A stretch of 64,000 bases of DNA. Origin: a virus (Duplodnaviria > Heunggongvirae > Uroviricota > Caudoviricetes). Position numbers and translations under genes: made by a program. Below, piece after piece: positions 37,501-49,083 of this stretch. Each line of letters opens with the position of its first letter. Position 1 is the stretch's first letter. The notes under the pieces are model-generated. The model was not told the origin of the DNA. It saw nothing but the letters and a program-made list of their open reading frames with translations, and searched no databases. The stretch is from the IMG/VR virus record IMGVR_UViG_3300008120_000059, positions 64,001 through 128,000 of that record, one strand, 5' to 3'.

Positions 37501-40500
37501 TGGAGTGTTGGTAGGTGTGTTAGTTGGCGTAACGGTGTTAGTTGGAGTCACAGTCGGACTCAATGTAGGTGTTACTGTATTTGTTGGGGTGTTGGTAGGG
37601 GTATTTGTAGGTGTTACGGTGTTGGTAGGTGTAACTGTTGGACTCAATGTAGGAGTCACAGTATTTGTTGGTGTATTTGTAGGTGTGTTAGTTGGGGTAA
37701 CGGTATTAGTTGGAGTGTTGGTTGGTGTATTTGTTGGTGTTACTGTGTTAGTAGGGGTATTTGTGGGAGTATTTGTAGGTGTTACGGTGTTGGTAGGTGT
37801 AACTGTTGGACTCAATGTGGGAGTCACAGTTTTAGTAGGAGTATTTGTAGGTGTTACGGTGTTGGTAGGTGTGTTTGTTGGGGTATTGGTTGGAGTTACC
37901 GTATTCGTCGGAGTATTAGTAGGGGTGTTAGTTGGAGTTACAGTGTTTGTTGGTGTGTTTGTAGGGGTATTGGTAGGTGTTACTGTGTTAGTAGGAGTAT
38001 TTGTAGGAGTATTGGTTGGTGTTACGGTATTTGTAGGAGTTACAGTTGGTGTTAATGTAGGAGTCACCGTGTTTGTTGGGGTATTGGTGGGAGTATTTGT
38101 AGGGGTTACCGTATTTGTCGGTGTATTGGTTGGTGTTAAAGTAGGTGTAACCGTTCTTGTTGGAGTGTTAGTTGGTGTAACCGTATTTGTAGGAGTATTA
38201 GTAGGGGTGTTGGTAGGGGTTACAGTATTCGTAGGGGTATTGGTTGGTGTATTCGTGGGTGTGACAGTATTAGTTGGTGTTACGGTTGGACTCAGTGTAG
38301 GGGTTACTGTATTGGTTGGAGTGTTAGTTGGGGTATTTGTAGGTGTAACTGTATTTGTTGGGGTGTTTGTAGGTGTATTAGTTGGTGTAACTGTATTAGT
38401 TGGTGTATTCGTAGGGGTTTGAGTTGGTGTAACAGTATTTGTAGGAGTCACAGTCGGACTCAATGTGGGAGTCACGGTCTTAGTCGGTGTGTTAGTAGGG
38501 GTAACTGTGTTCGTAGGAGTTACCGTAGGACTCAATGTAGGGGTGACAGTGTTGGTTGGAGTATTGGTTGGTGTGTTGGTTGGTGTTACGGTGTTTGTAG
38601 GAGTTACTGTATTAGTAGGAGTGTTCGTAGGGGTATTGGTAGGGGTTACTGTGTTAGTTGGAGTGTTAGTAGGTGTATTGGTAGGAGTAACTGTATTGGT
38701 TGGTGTATTTGTGGGTGTAACAGTGTTAGTTGGTGTGTTAGTTGGTGTGTTGGTAGGAGTTACGGTGTTAGTTGGAGTATTTGTAGGTGTCTGAGTTGGT
38801 GTAACTGTATTCGTAGGGGTTACAGTCGGACTCAGTGTAGGTGTTACTGTGTTAGTCGGGGTAACTGTAGGTGTATTTGTTGGAGTTACAGTGTTGGTTG
38901 GGGTGTTGGTTGGAGTTACGGTGTTCGTTGGAGTATTGGTTGGTGTATTAGTTGGGGTTACTGTATTAGTTGGAGTATTGGTTGGGGTATTGGTTGGAGT
39001 TACAGTCTTGGTTGGTGTGTTGGTTGGTGTTACGGTGTTTGTTGGAGTATTGGTTGGAGTGTTTGTGGGGGTGTTGGTTGGTGTTACGGTGTTTGTTGGG
39101 GTGACTGTATTGGTTGGAGTGTTTGTTGGGGTGTTGGTGGGAGTATTTGTAGGGGTTACCGTATTTGTCGGTGTATTGGTTGGTGTTAAAGTAGGTGTAA
39201 CCGTTCTTGTTGGAGTTACAGTCGGACTCAATGTTGGAGTTACTGTATTGGTTGGTGTTAGTGTCGGGCTTAATGTTGGTGTAACAGTACTAGTTGGGGT
39301 ATTGGTTGGGGTGTTGGTTGGAGTTACCGTATTGGTTGGTGTATTCGTCGGTGTATTTGTAGGTGTAACAGTATTCGTAGGTGTTACAGTTGGAGTATTG
39401 GTTGGGGTTACTGTGTTAGTTGGAGTATTGGTGGGGGTATTGGTTGGAGTAACAGTATTTGTTGGTGTCACAGTCGGACTCAATGTTGGTGTAACAGTTT
39501 TTGTTGGGGTATTTGTCGGTGTCTGAGTTGGTGTTACGGTATTGGTTGGCGTATTGGTAGGAGTATTGGTTGGCGTATTTGTTGGAGTTACGGTATTAGT
39601 TGGTGTGACTGTATTGGTTGGGGTGTTAGTCGGCGTGTTCGTAGGGGTGTTGGTTGGTGTTACCGTATTTGTTGGTGTATTAGTAGGTGTGTTAGTAGGT
39701 GTTACTGTATTTGTAGGCGTGTTCGTGGGAGTCTGAGTTGGTGTTACAGTGTTAGTAGGAGTGTTAGTTGGCGTGTTAGTGGGTGTAACAGTATTAGTAG
39801 GAGTCACCGTTGGACTCAATGTAGGTGTAACAGTATTGGTTGGTGTGTTGGTCGGAGTGTTGGTAGGAGTTACAGTATTAGTAGGAGTCACCGTTGGACT
39901 CAATGTAGGTGTAACTGTATTTGTTGGGGTATTTGTTGGGGTATTGGTAGGAGTTACTGTATTAGTCGGAGTGTTGGTCGGGGTGTTGGTTGGAGTAACA
40001 GTGTTGGTGGGAGTATTGGTTGGAGTGTTAGTTGGTGTATTTGTTGGGGTTACGGTGTTGGTTGGAGATACCGTATTTGTAGGAGTATTGGTTGGAGTGT
40101 TAGTTGGGGTTAGTGTTGGGGTTACGGTGTTTGTTGGGGTATTGGTAGGTGTATTGGTTGGTGTAACGGTATTTGTAGGAGTAACAGTGTTGGTTGGAGT
40201 ATTGGTAGGACTTAATGTTGGCGTATTAGTTGGGGTTACGGTGCTGGTTGGAGTCACTGTTGGACTCAATGTAGGTGTAACTGTATTTGTTGGTGTGTTG
40301 GTAGGAGTGTTTGTAGGAGTCACAGTATTAGTAGGAGTCACAGTTGGACTTAATGTGGGAGTTACTGTATTAGTTGGAGTGTTGGTAGGTGTGTTAGTTG
40401 GGGTTACTGTATTTGTCGGGGTATTGGTTGGGGTATTTGTTGGTGTAACGGTGTTGGTCGGAGTGTTTGTGGGAGTATTTGTAGGAGTTACTGTGTTCGT

Positions 40501-43500
40501 AGGAGTTACTGTAGGACTCAATGTTGGTGTTACTGTATTTGTTGGGGTGTTAGTAGGAGTGTTTGTTGGAGTCACCGTGTTTGTTGGGGTATTGGTGGGA
40601 GTATTTGTTGGTGTAACAGTATTTGTTGGGGTGTTAGTTGGGGTGTTGGTAGGAGTTACCGTATTGGTTGGTGTGTTAGTTGGGGTGTTGGTAGGAGTTA
40701 CCGTATTGGTTGGTGTGTTAGTAGGAGTGTTTGTTGGTGTAACAGTATTGGTTGGTGTGTTAGTAGGAGTGTTTGTTGGTGTAACAGTATTGGTAGGAGT
40801 TACAGTTGGGGTGTTGGTTGGAGTTACAGTATTAGTAGGCGTATTGGTAGGAGTATTAGTTGGAGTTACTGTATTTGTAGAAGTATTGGTAGGAGTATTG
40901 GTAGGGGTGACAGTATTGGTGGGCGTATTGGTAGGAGTATTGGTTGGGGTGACTGTATTTGTTGGAGTATTTGTTGGGGTGTTAGTTGGAGTTACTGTAT
41001 TTGTAGGAGTATTGGTAGGAGTATTGGTAGGGGTGACAGTATTGGTGGGGGTGTTTGTAGGAGTATTGGTAGGGGTGACAGTATTGGTTGGAGTATTAGT
41101 TGGGGTGACTGTATTTGTTGGAGTATTTGTTGGGGTGTTGGTAGGGGTGTTGGTAGGAGTTACAGTATTGGTTGGAGTAACTGTATTGGTTGGAGTGTTT
41201 GTCGGGGTATTTGTAGGTGTCAGTGTCGGTGTTACGGTATTTGTTGGAGTATTAGTAGGAGTGTTAGTTGGTGTAACCGTATTTGTTGGTGTATTTGTGG
41301 GTGTATTGGTAGGAGTAACTGTATTGGTAGCCGTATTGGTAGGAGTGTTGGTTGGTGTATTAGTTGGTGTGACTGTATTGGTCGGAGTTACCGTCGGTGT
41401 ATTTGTTGGGGTTACGGTATTGGTAGGGGTTACTGTTGGTGTATTCGTAGGCGTGTTTGTTGGGGTTACGGTATTTGTTGGAGTATTAGTGGGGGTATTC
41501 GTAGGTGTATTGGTTGGTGTTACGGTGTTAGTTGGGGTATTTGTAGGGGTTTGAGTTGGTGTAACGGTATTGGTTGGAGTCACTGTTGGACTCAATGTTG
41601 GCGTTACCGTATTGGTAGGAGTATTAGTTGGCGTATTGGTAGGAGTAACTGTGTTGGTTGGGGTGTTGGTAGGAGTGTTAGTTGGTGTTACAGTATTAGT
41701 TGGTGTGTTAGTTGGTGTGTTTGTTGGTGTTACGGTGTTCGTAGGGGTGTTAGTAGGTGTCAGTGTTGGGGATACCGTATTGGTAGGAGTGTTAGTTGGT
41801 GTATTTGTAGGGGTTACCGTATTGGTAGGAGTATTAGTTGGTGTATTTGTAGGAGTAGCAGTATTAGTAGGGGTATTTGTTGGAGTATTGGTCGGTGTTA
41901 CAGTGTTTGTTGGAGTGTTGGTTGGTGTTACAGTGTTTGTTGGGGTGTTTGTCGGAGTGTTGGTTGGGGTATTCGTTGGTGTTACAGTATTTGTAGGGGT
42001 TACGGTGTTGGTTGGAGTATTGGTGGGGCTTAATGTTGGGGTATTTGTAGGGGTTACGGTGTTGGTTGGGGTCGCTGTTGGAGTCAATGTAGGTGTAACT
42101 GTATTGGTTGGGGTATTGGTAGGAGTATTGGTTGGGGTAACAGTATTGGTAGGAGTAACTGTTGGACTCAATGTAGGAGTAACTGTATTGGTAGGAGTGT
42201 TTGTTGGTGTATTGGTTGGTGTTACAGTATTAGTTGGAGTATTTGTTGGAGTTAAAGTTGGTGTAACAGTTTTTGTTGGTGTATTAGTTGGGGTGTTAGT
42301 AGGAGTTACTGTATTGGTTGGTGTGTTTGTGGGAGTATTGGTTAATGTAACGGATGGTGTTACAGTGTTGGTTGGTGTTACCGTTGGAGTATTGGTGGGT
42401 GTTGGGGTGCTCGTTGGAGTTGGTGAGGGTAACATTGTATAATCAATGTCACAAGAAGGTGCTGGTGTTGGTGAAACCGTCACAGTTACACTTGGTGTAT
42501 TTGTTGGAGTTACAGTATTGGTTGGAGTTACAGTATTTGTCGGGGTGTTTGTGGGGGTAACTGTATTGGTTGGAGTCACTGTTGGACTCAATGTTGGTGT
42601 TACAGTGTTAGTAGGAGTGTTGGTCGGCGTGTTAGTTGGAGTATTGGTTGGTGTTACGGTGTTAGTTGGTGTTACCGTAGGACTCAATGTAGGAGTCACA
42701 GTATTGGTAGGTGTATTGGTTGGAGTATTGGTTGGTGTTACGGTGTTAGTTGGTGTTACCGTAGGACTCAATGTAGGAGTCACAGTATTCGTTGGTGTGT
42801 TTGTAGGTGTATTAGTCGGAGTTACGGTGTTGGTTGGAGTTACGGTATTTGTGGGAGTGTTTGTAGGAGTGTTGGTAGGAGTGTTTGTTGGAGTTACGGT
42901 GTTGGTTGGGGTATTGGTTGGGGTATTGGTTGGTGTAACGGTATTTGTAGGAGTATTTGTAGGTGTCTGAGTTGGAGTTACTGTATTCGTCGGTGTGTTT
43001 GTTGGGGTGTTGGTAGGAGTTACGGTATTGGTAGGACTTAATGTTGGAGTGTTAGTTGGAGTATTTGTTGGAGTTACTGTGTTGGTTGGAGTATTCGTAG
43101 GTGTAACCGTATTTGTTGGTGTATTAGTTGGGGTGTTTGTAGGTGTATTAGTTGGTGTCACAGTTTCTGTTGGAGTCACTGTAACAGTATTGGTTGGTGT
43201 GACTGTATTGGTAGGGGTTACGGTGTTGGTTGGTGTAAGTGTTGGTGTTTCTGTGGGAGTATTTGTTGGTGTGTTGGTGGGGGTATTTGTTGGTGTTTCG
43301 GTTGGTGTATTTGTAGGTGTATTAGTTGGAGCTACCGTATTTGTTGGAGTTACAGTTGGAGTGTTAGTTGGGGTAACCGTTGGTGTAACAGTATTGGTAG
43401 GAGTATTGGTTGGGGTTTGAGTTGGTGTAACGGTTGCAGTATTTGTTGGTGTTAGGGTAGGTGTTTCAGTTTGTGTTACAGTGGGTGTATTGGTTGGAGT

Positions 43501-44748
43501 TACAGTATTGGTTGGAGTTACAGTTGAGGTATTAGTCGGAGTGTTAGTTGGTGTTATGGTGTTGGTTGGGGTATTGGTAGGTGTTTCGGTAGGGGTAACG
43601 GTTGGACTCAGTGTTGGTGTTACTGTGTTAGTCGGAGTATTAGTTGGGGTGTTGGTTGGTGTTTCGGTAGGGGTAACGGTTAGGGTTACGGTGTTGGTTG
43701 GAGTATTGGTTGGTGTTTCGGTTGGTGTTTCGGTTGGTGTATTAGTTGGGGTAACAGTATTGGTTGGAGTTACAGTTGGGGTAACAGTTGGGGTAACAGT
43801 TGGAGTTACGGTGTTGGTTGGGGTATTGGTTGGTGTTTCGGTTGGTGTTTCGGTTGGTGTATTAGTTGGGGTAACAGTATTTGTTGGGGTGTTAGTGGGT
43901 GTTTCAGTCGGTGTATTAGTTGGGGTATTGGTTGGTGTTTCGGTAGGGGTTACTGTATGAGTTGGTGTATTGGTAGGTGTTTCGGTAGGGGTTACCGTAT
44001 TTGTTGGAGTTACAGTTGGAGTTTCGGTAGGGGTAACTGTATTTGTTGGGGTGTTGGTAGGTGTTTCAGTTGGTGTATTGGTTGGGGTTACCGTATTTGT
44101 TGGGGTTACAGTTGGAGTTTCGGTCGGAGTAACAGTTGGTGTCTCGGTTGGTGTAACTGTATTCGTAGGAGTTACAGTAGGTGTGTTGGCTGGTGATTCG
44201 GTTGGAGTTACTGTGTTAGTTGGGGTAACTGTAGGAGTTTCAGTTGGGGTAACCGTTGGGGTATTTGTTGGGGTATTGGTTGGAGTTACTGTGTTAGTTG
44301 GAGTAACTGTAGGAGTTTCAGTTGGGGTAACTGTAGGCTCGTTTGTTGGAGTATTAGTCGGAGTTACGGTATTCGTAGGAGTATTTGTTGGAGTGATAGT
44401 ATTGGTTGGGGTAACAGTAGGTGTTTTTGTAACCGTAGGTGTAACAGTAGGGGTTTTGGTAACTGTTGGGGTTGGGGTATTTGAAGTAAAGGTTGTTGGT
44501 GTTGGTGTTAATGATGGTGTAAGTGTTGGTGAAGGTGTAGGTGAAGGTGTAGGGCAAGGAATCTCAGCCACACAAGTTTTATCAAGTGACGGAAAATAAA
44601 CTGAGTAAGTACCTAAGTAGTAGTTTGTGTCGTAATAATATGGCATCACGACAGTACCTAAATTCAAGGTACCGCCAGTACAAGGATAAAATGTGATAAC
44701 ACCAATTTCACCATCAAAATTACCTGTGTTTATTTTTATTAATGCCAT
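28598..44748 (-). CDS. giant mucin-like Thr/Pro/Asn repeat protein (5,376 aa after removing a 20-nt duplication) with C-terminal Cys-rich modules
   Basis: Track ORFs 31960..44748 and 28598..31819 become one frame when one copy of the 20-mer at 32080-32119 is removed: (16151-20)/3 = 5377 codons. Confidence 0.8.
30578..44553 (-). repeat. ~14-kb degenerate coding repeat ([26 protein letters not shown] units)
   Basis: Continuous T/P/N/V tract of about 4,650 codons with diversified synonymous positions and some recent exact 42-nt tandem copies (about 37287-37370). Confidence 0.97.
32080..32119. repeat. exact 20-nt tandem duplication causing a frameshift
   Basis: tagctgctggtgttcttgtt at 32080-32099 and 32100-32119. 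Confidence 0.95.
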
Positions 44749-44771
44749 TTAAATCTACAGTCTTATCTATA

Positions 44772-44829
44772 TCTATTTTTATTATAAAAATATACTCATT
44801 TATTCGGGTATTGTCAACGTCTATTTTTA
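44772..44829 (-). promoter_or_regulatory. TTGACA-N17-TATATT promoter flanked by 10-bp direct repeats
   Basis: -35 at 44817-44812, -10 at 44794-44789; tctattttta at 44772-44781 and 44820-44829. Confidence 0.5.
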
Positions 44830-44838
44830 CAGTTTTTA

Positions 44839-47800
44839 TCATGGACAATCAAAAATGGAACTACTTAATTCCTCATTAGTTGGTTCTGTAGGACAATGGT
44901 TGGCATCGATATAATATTGACCGAGGTTGAATCCAATATTTGGATGTTTATCGTATTTGTGTTTCATCAGAATTTGGTCGCTGTTATTTCCATTGAAAAC
45001 AACAACAAATTCATCAGTTAGTGGTGTATTGTCTAATTCAAAATTTAGATTGAAGTATAATCCTGTATCGCAATAATTTAAGTCGACATCAATTACTTCT
45101 ATGGTTTTACCATATTTGTTTATTAAATAATCCCCATGGTTATATAATTCTTTCGGATGGTCACAACAAGGTTCAATAAAATCTGTTGGTTTTTTTTGTA
45201 ATTCCTCTGGGAACCTATCGTCAAAAAAGTAAACACTATTTGTAGGTGTTCCAAAATTTTCAATGATTCTATTTGTATAAACTCTTAGTTGTGTTGTTGG
45301 TAAAACTTCAAAAACTTCATAAGTATTATTTTGGGTTAATCCTGTAATGATACTTTTCTTGATTGATGCTAAACATTCAATGTCTGTAATTTCAAGTTTT
45401 TGATAGTTGTACGTAAATGAATACCCTGATACAGGTCCATTCACAATTTGTTGGTGACTATATTCTGTACATTGTTTGTAAGATGCAGATAAAACATATT
45501 CCCCAACATTTAAATCACAAACACTTTTACCACTTATCGTACCACCACTAATATAACTTTCAATATTGTCATCTGTAGTTTGGTTGTCAATGGTTAATCC
45601 GCTATCAACTACTAAAACTATAGAGTCACATTTTAAACCATAGTTAAAGTTTGATTTGTATTCAACTTTTGGTTGTATTGTGTAACCTGTGTAATTGTCA
45701 CAATATGTTGCACCTGAAACAACTGAAATTGGGGATGATATTGTTCCTTGGTAACCAACAATACTAAATAATTCTACGTGACTTTTTCCTGATGGTGTTG
45801 GACATGGGTCATGTTCAATTTTGGGTTGTAGACCTTCAATTTTGAATTTTACTTCTTTATTTGCTGCATCTACAATATTAAAATCTATTACATCATTTTC
45901 TGAAAAACCAGTTAATTTATATACACAATCACTAACTTTTTGAATGTAAACATCCGCATTTTCATTTGTTCCACTTACACAATTAGCATAAATGTTAAAT
46001 GGCCATGTTGAACCTTGTTGGATACCTGTTTTGTATCCAATTACTTCAAAAAACACATCACTCACTAATGTACATCCACTGTTTGAGTCGCAATAAACGG
46101 TATTATCAGTATAAACTTTAACACTGATTCCATTTGTATTTTTTGTGATTTTGTAATCGGCATCAAATCGATAATCAAAATAGTCGACCACTGAACATTC
46201 GTTTGGACCTAATTTTACGGATGAAAACTTAACTTTTTCAACACCATTTTCATCAGTGTATGTTGTGTATTTTATTAATGGTATTGTTTCTGAAAAATAT
46301 GTTTGGCCTGTGGTTCCCGTGAAAGCAGAATAGGGTTCATACCCTGCACTATTTCTTGTAATAGTTACGTCATCAATCAATACAGATAACGCCGATAACC
46401 ATAGTTCTTTAATTTTAGTAACATCAGGTTCAAGATAATCTTTATAATCACATATTAAGGAAAGATTTACCGTATCACCACTGGTGACCCCACTTGTACA
46501 TCCTGTAAATGGTTGTGCATCAAATAATTTTGCACTGTTTGAAGTGTTACTTGTTCCACTAACAATCACATACATAGAGGATGTTAGACCCGTGTAGTCG
46601 GCCCCACCATAAACTGTTCCATCAATTTCAATTACAGGATAGTAAGTAACACCTGTAAGGTTTATTAAACCTCTAAAATTATTTTCTTCACCTAAAATAT
46701 TTTCTAAATCTTCCTCAATTACATTTTCAAAATCAGGGTATAGTTCCTCAATAAATTCTAATGGTTGACAATCATATCTATATTGATATTTTGGTCTACC
46801 AAACACGTTATTTTCTATTAAATTACCGCCGGTCCATTGAGTGGTTGATGGTACTAATTGTTCAACTAATTGTGGCCAATAAGGTGATAATTTATTAACA
46901 AATTCAATAACATTTATTTGATTATATGGTGTAAAACCTGTTGTTTGTGATATATAATCTCTATAGACATCTTCTAATTGAATATAATTTTTTTTGTAAC
47001 GAATTTTGTTAGAATTTGTTACAAGTCCATGAATAAAGGTGTCTAAAAATTCAGCAAAAGTTTTACCTGTTTGGGGTAATAAAGTATTTGTACCAAAACT
47101 TATTAATAATTCTCTACTTTGTCTAAAGATATCATAATCTATACCTCGTGATGGTGAGATATAAATTCCAATGTTTTTTCTATTTAAAATTAATAAATAA
47201 TCATCCTCAATTGGTTTTCCGTCTTTATTATCGACCGCGGAAACCAATTCATAACCGGTATCTAAACCTGGTAATGTTCTATATAAATCAAAGTATTCTT
47301 CTCCGTATGTGTAGTTTTTATTCTTTGTTTTAATTGTTTTGGTGTTACCCGTTAGTATTGAGTTACTACTGTCTAAAACGAGTGGAGTACGGTGTGATAA
47401 TGTAATATCGTACCATCCTGAACCTTTACCAAAGAATATGTTTTCAGTTTCGTTATATGCTCTTCTTGGTAGTCCAGTTTTTTCGTCTACAGGGTAACCC
47501 TCTCTGTCAAATGTTGTTGACGCTGAGTAGTAAACTTTAGAATATGTGAAACCTGTACTATCAAAGGTGGCGTAAGAATATCTTTTGTTACCTTGAATCG
47601 CATCGTATATGTCTTGTTGTAAATTAAAACTAGATGGAATTGACGTTACTTTATAAATGTATTCATCAATCCTAATCAAAGGCTCGGGTGCCCCCAAAAA
47701 TTTTAAAAAGAAATCAATAGAGGATTTTGTTCCTTTTGATTTATAAATGTGAGCAAGATTTATAAGTAATCTTCGATAAAACTCATACTCAGCTTCAATT

Positions 47801-49083
47801 AAATTCGTACCGGTTGATACTCCGTCATAATTTGATTGTAATCTTGAATATAAAACATCATTTAGACTATTTTCATCGAATAAATTTAATGTTGATAAAC
47901 CTAAATTTTCTGCTAAGTTTTTTAAAAGTACATCAGGTAAATTATTAATTCCATCATAACTTACGTTTCTCATATAAGCTATGTTGTCTATGTATTTCTT
48001 TACACTATCAAAGCTTTGACCATATAATTGAAATACACTTTCAGCTCTTTTATCTTCGGTGTCAAATTCAAATAACTGTGGTGCGGCTAAAAATCTAACC
48101 ATTAGATTAGATTTATACACATCTATCTCATCAGCAATATCTTTTAATTTACCAACATATAAATCGTAATCAAAACCGGTTATTTGTATGTTATAACCAT
48201 CATTAGATATTGGCCAAGTTATTACAACATCAACCAAAGATGTTTTTGAATTGTCTTGAACATCTCTCGGTACTTTAAATGATGAAGTATAAATTGGATT
48301 TGTTTCTCTATTTAAAAGTGATTCCTCTAAATCGTCTAACCCTTCGAAAAATTCTTCAACTAAACCATCGTTTGGTCTTATCAATAAATTTTCTGAATAT
48401 GTTGAACCAGTAAATGGTTGTCCATATACCTTTAAGTAAATTCTATTGTTTGTATTCGGTTCGCTGTATTCTAAAATTGGATATGGTGTGTTATTTGTAA
48501 CAACAACATATTTTGTATAAGACGAATAAAAATTTCTTAATTCGTTTTCAGTTTCTGGTTTAACTACTGAATTAGGCTCAACAAAAACTAAATCAAAAGG
48601 ATTGAATATTTTACTTCTTTCGATGTAAAAAGTTGTGGTATTGGTGCTATCGTTATATGTTATTCCACTAGCACTGTAATTAGAAACACCTATAGGACTG
48701 TCCGATAAGATTGAAATTCCACCCGGAAACTTGTTTATAATTCTAGTTAATGAAACTAAAATTCTACTTGTTAACGAACCAAATAAAGATTTATCGGCAT
48801 ATTTTTTGTTGCCCTTAAACCTTACTTCGTCAGTTCTCTTTTTTCTTGGTGTTGCTGATGTTGTTTGAATACCCTCAACCTCTTTTAACGTATCTAATGT
48901 TAAAAATTGAGAGAATGGGTTACTCGTAAAATTTTTAGAATCTTTGTCAGGGATAGACTTATCAAGCGCAAATACGGTGTTGGTTAGTGCAGATGAACCA
49001 TCAGTTATCTGTCTACCAACTAAGAAATCATTAAATGTTTCCGCTCCGCTTGACGCTTGACTCGGTACTTTTCTCCTTGCCAT
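44839..49083 (-). CDS. large baseplate wedge-like structural protein (P2 gpI / T4 gp7-like core)
   Basis: LPDVLLKNLAENLG...RRLLINLAHIYKSKGTKSSIDFFLKFLG motif; located in the baseplate cluster. Confidence 0.65.
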   Translation of the reverse strand: MARRKVPSQASSGAETFNDFLVGRQITDGSSALTNTVFALDKSIPDKDSKNFTSNPFSQFLTLDTLKEVEGIQTTSATPRKKRTDEVRFKGNKKYADKSLFGSLTSRILVSLTRIINKFPGGISILSDSPIGVSNYSASGITYNDSTNTTTFYIERSKIFNPFDLVFVEPNSVVKPETENELRNFYSSYTKYVVVTNNTPYPILEYSEPNTNNRIYLKVYGQPFTGSTYSENLLIRPNDGLVEEFFEGLDDLEESLLNRETNPIYTSSFKVPRDVQDNSKTSLVDVVITWPISNDGYNIQITGFDYDLYVGKLKDIADEIDVYKSNLMVRFLAAPQLFEFDTEDKRAESVFQLYGQSFDSVKKYIDNIAYMRNVSYDGINNLPDVLLKNLAENLGLSTLNLFDENSLNDVLYSRLQSNYDGVSTGTNLIEAEYEFYRRLLINLAHIYKSKGTKSSIDFFLKFLGAPEPLIRIDEYIYKVTSIPSSFNLQQDIYDAIQGNKRYSYATFDSTGFTYSKVYYSASTTFDREGYPVDEKTGLPRRAYNETENIFFGKGSGWYDITLSHRTPLVLDSSNSILTGNTKTIKTKNKNYTYGEEYFDLYRTLPGLDTGYELVSAVDNKDGKPIEDDYLLILNRKNIGIYISPSRGIDYDIFRQSRELLISFGTNTLLPQTGKTFAEFLDTFIHGLVTNSNKIRYKKNYIQLEDVYRDYISQTTGFTPYNQINVIEFVNKLSPYWPQLVEQLVPSTTQWTGGNLIENNVFGRPKYQYRYDCQPLEFIEELYPDFENVIEEDLENILGEENNFRGLINLTGVTYYPVIEIDGTVYGGADYTGLTSSMYVIVSGTSNTSNSAKLFDAQPFTGCTSGVTSGDTVNLSLICDYKDYLEPDVTKIKELWLSALSVLIDDVTITRNSAGYEPYSAFTGTTGQTYFSETIPLIKYTTYTDENGVEKVKFSSVKLGPNECSVVDYFDYRFDADYKITKNTNGISVKVYTDNTVYCDSNSGCTLVSDVFFEVIGYKTGIQQGSTWPFNIYANCVSGTNENADVYIQKVSDCVYKLTGFSENDVIDFNIVDAANKEVKFKIEGLQPKIEHDPCPTPSGKSHVELFSIVGYQGTISSPISVVSGATYCDNYTGYTIQPKVEYKSNFNYGLKCDSIVLVVDSGLTIDNQTTDDNIESYISGGTISGKSVCDLNVGEYVLSASYKQCTEYSHQQIVNGPVSGYSFTYNYQKLEITDIECLASIKKSIITGLTQNNTYEVFEVLPTTQLRVYTNRIIENFGTPTNSVYFFDDRFPEELQKKPTDFIEPCCDHPKELYNHGDYLINKYGKTIEVIDVDLNYCDTGLYFNLNFELDNTPLTDEFVVVFNGNNSDQILMKHKYDKHPNIGFNLGQYYIDANHCPTEPTNEELSSSIFDCP

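Noticed and set aside
30578-44553. CRISPR array, satellite or DGR template/variable repeat
   Set aside because: No constant repeat with unique spacers, strict 3-nt periodicity, no reverse transcriptase and no adenine-specific variation
30578-44553. N-glycosylation sequons in the Asn-rich stalk
   Set aside because: Asn occurs almost only as N-T-P or N-T-V, which are not N-x-S/T sequons
21972-44599. Many long plus-strand ORFs of VGVTVLVG type
   Set aside because: Antisense shadows of Thr/Pro codons (ACN/CCN give GT/GG). They break at TGA wherever the sense frame has TQT, and they have no domains.
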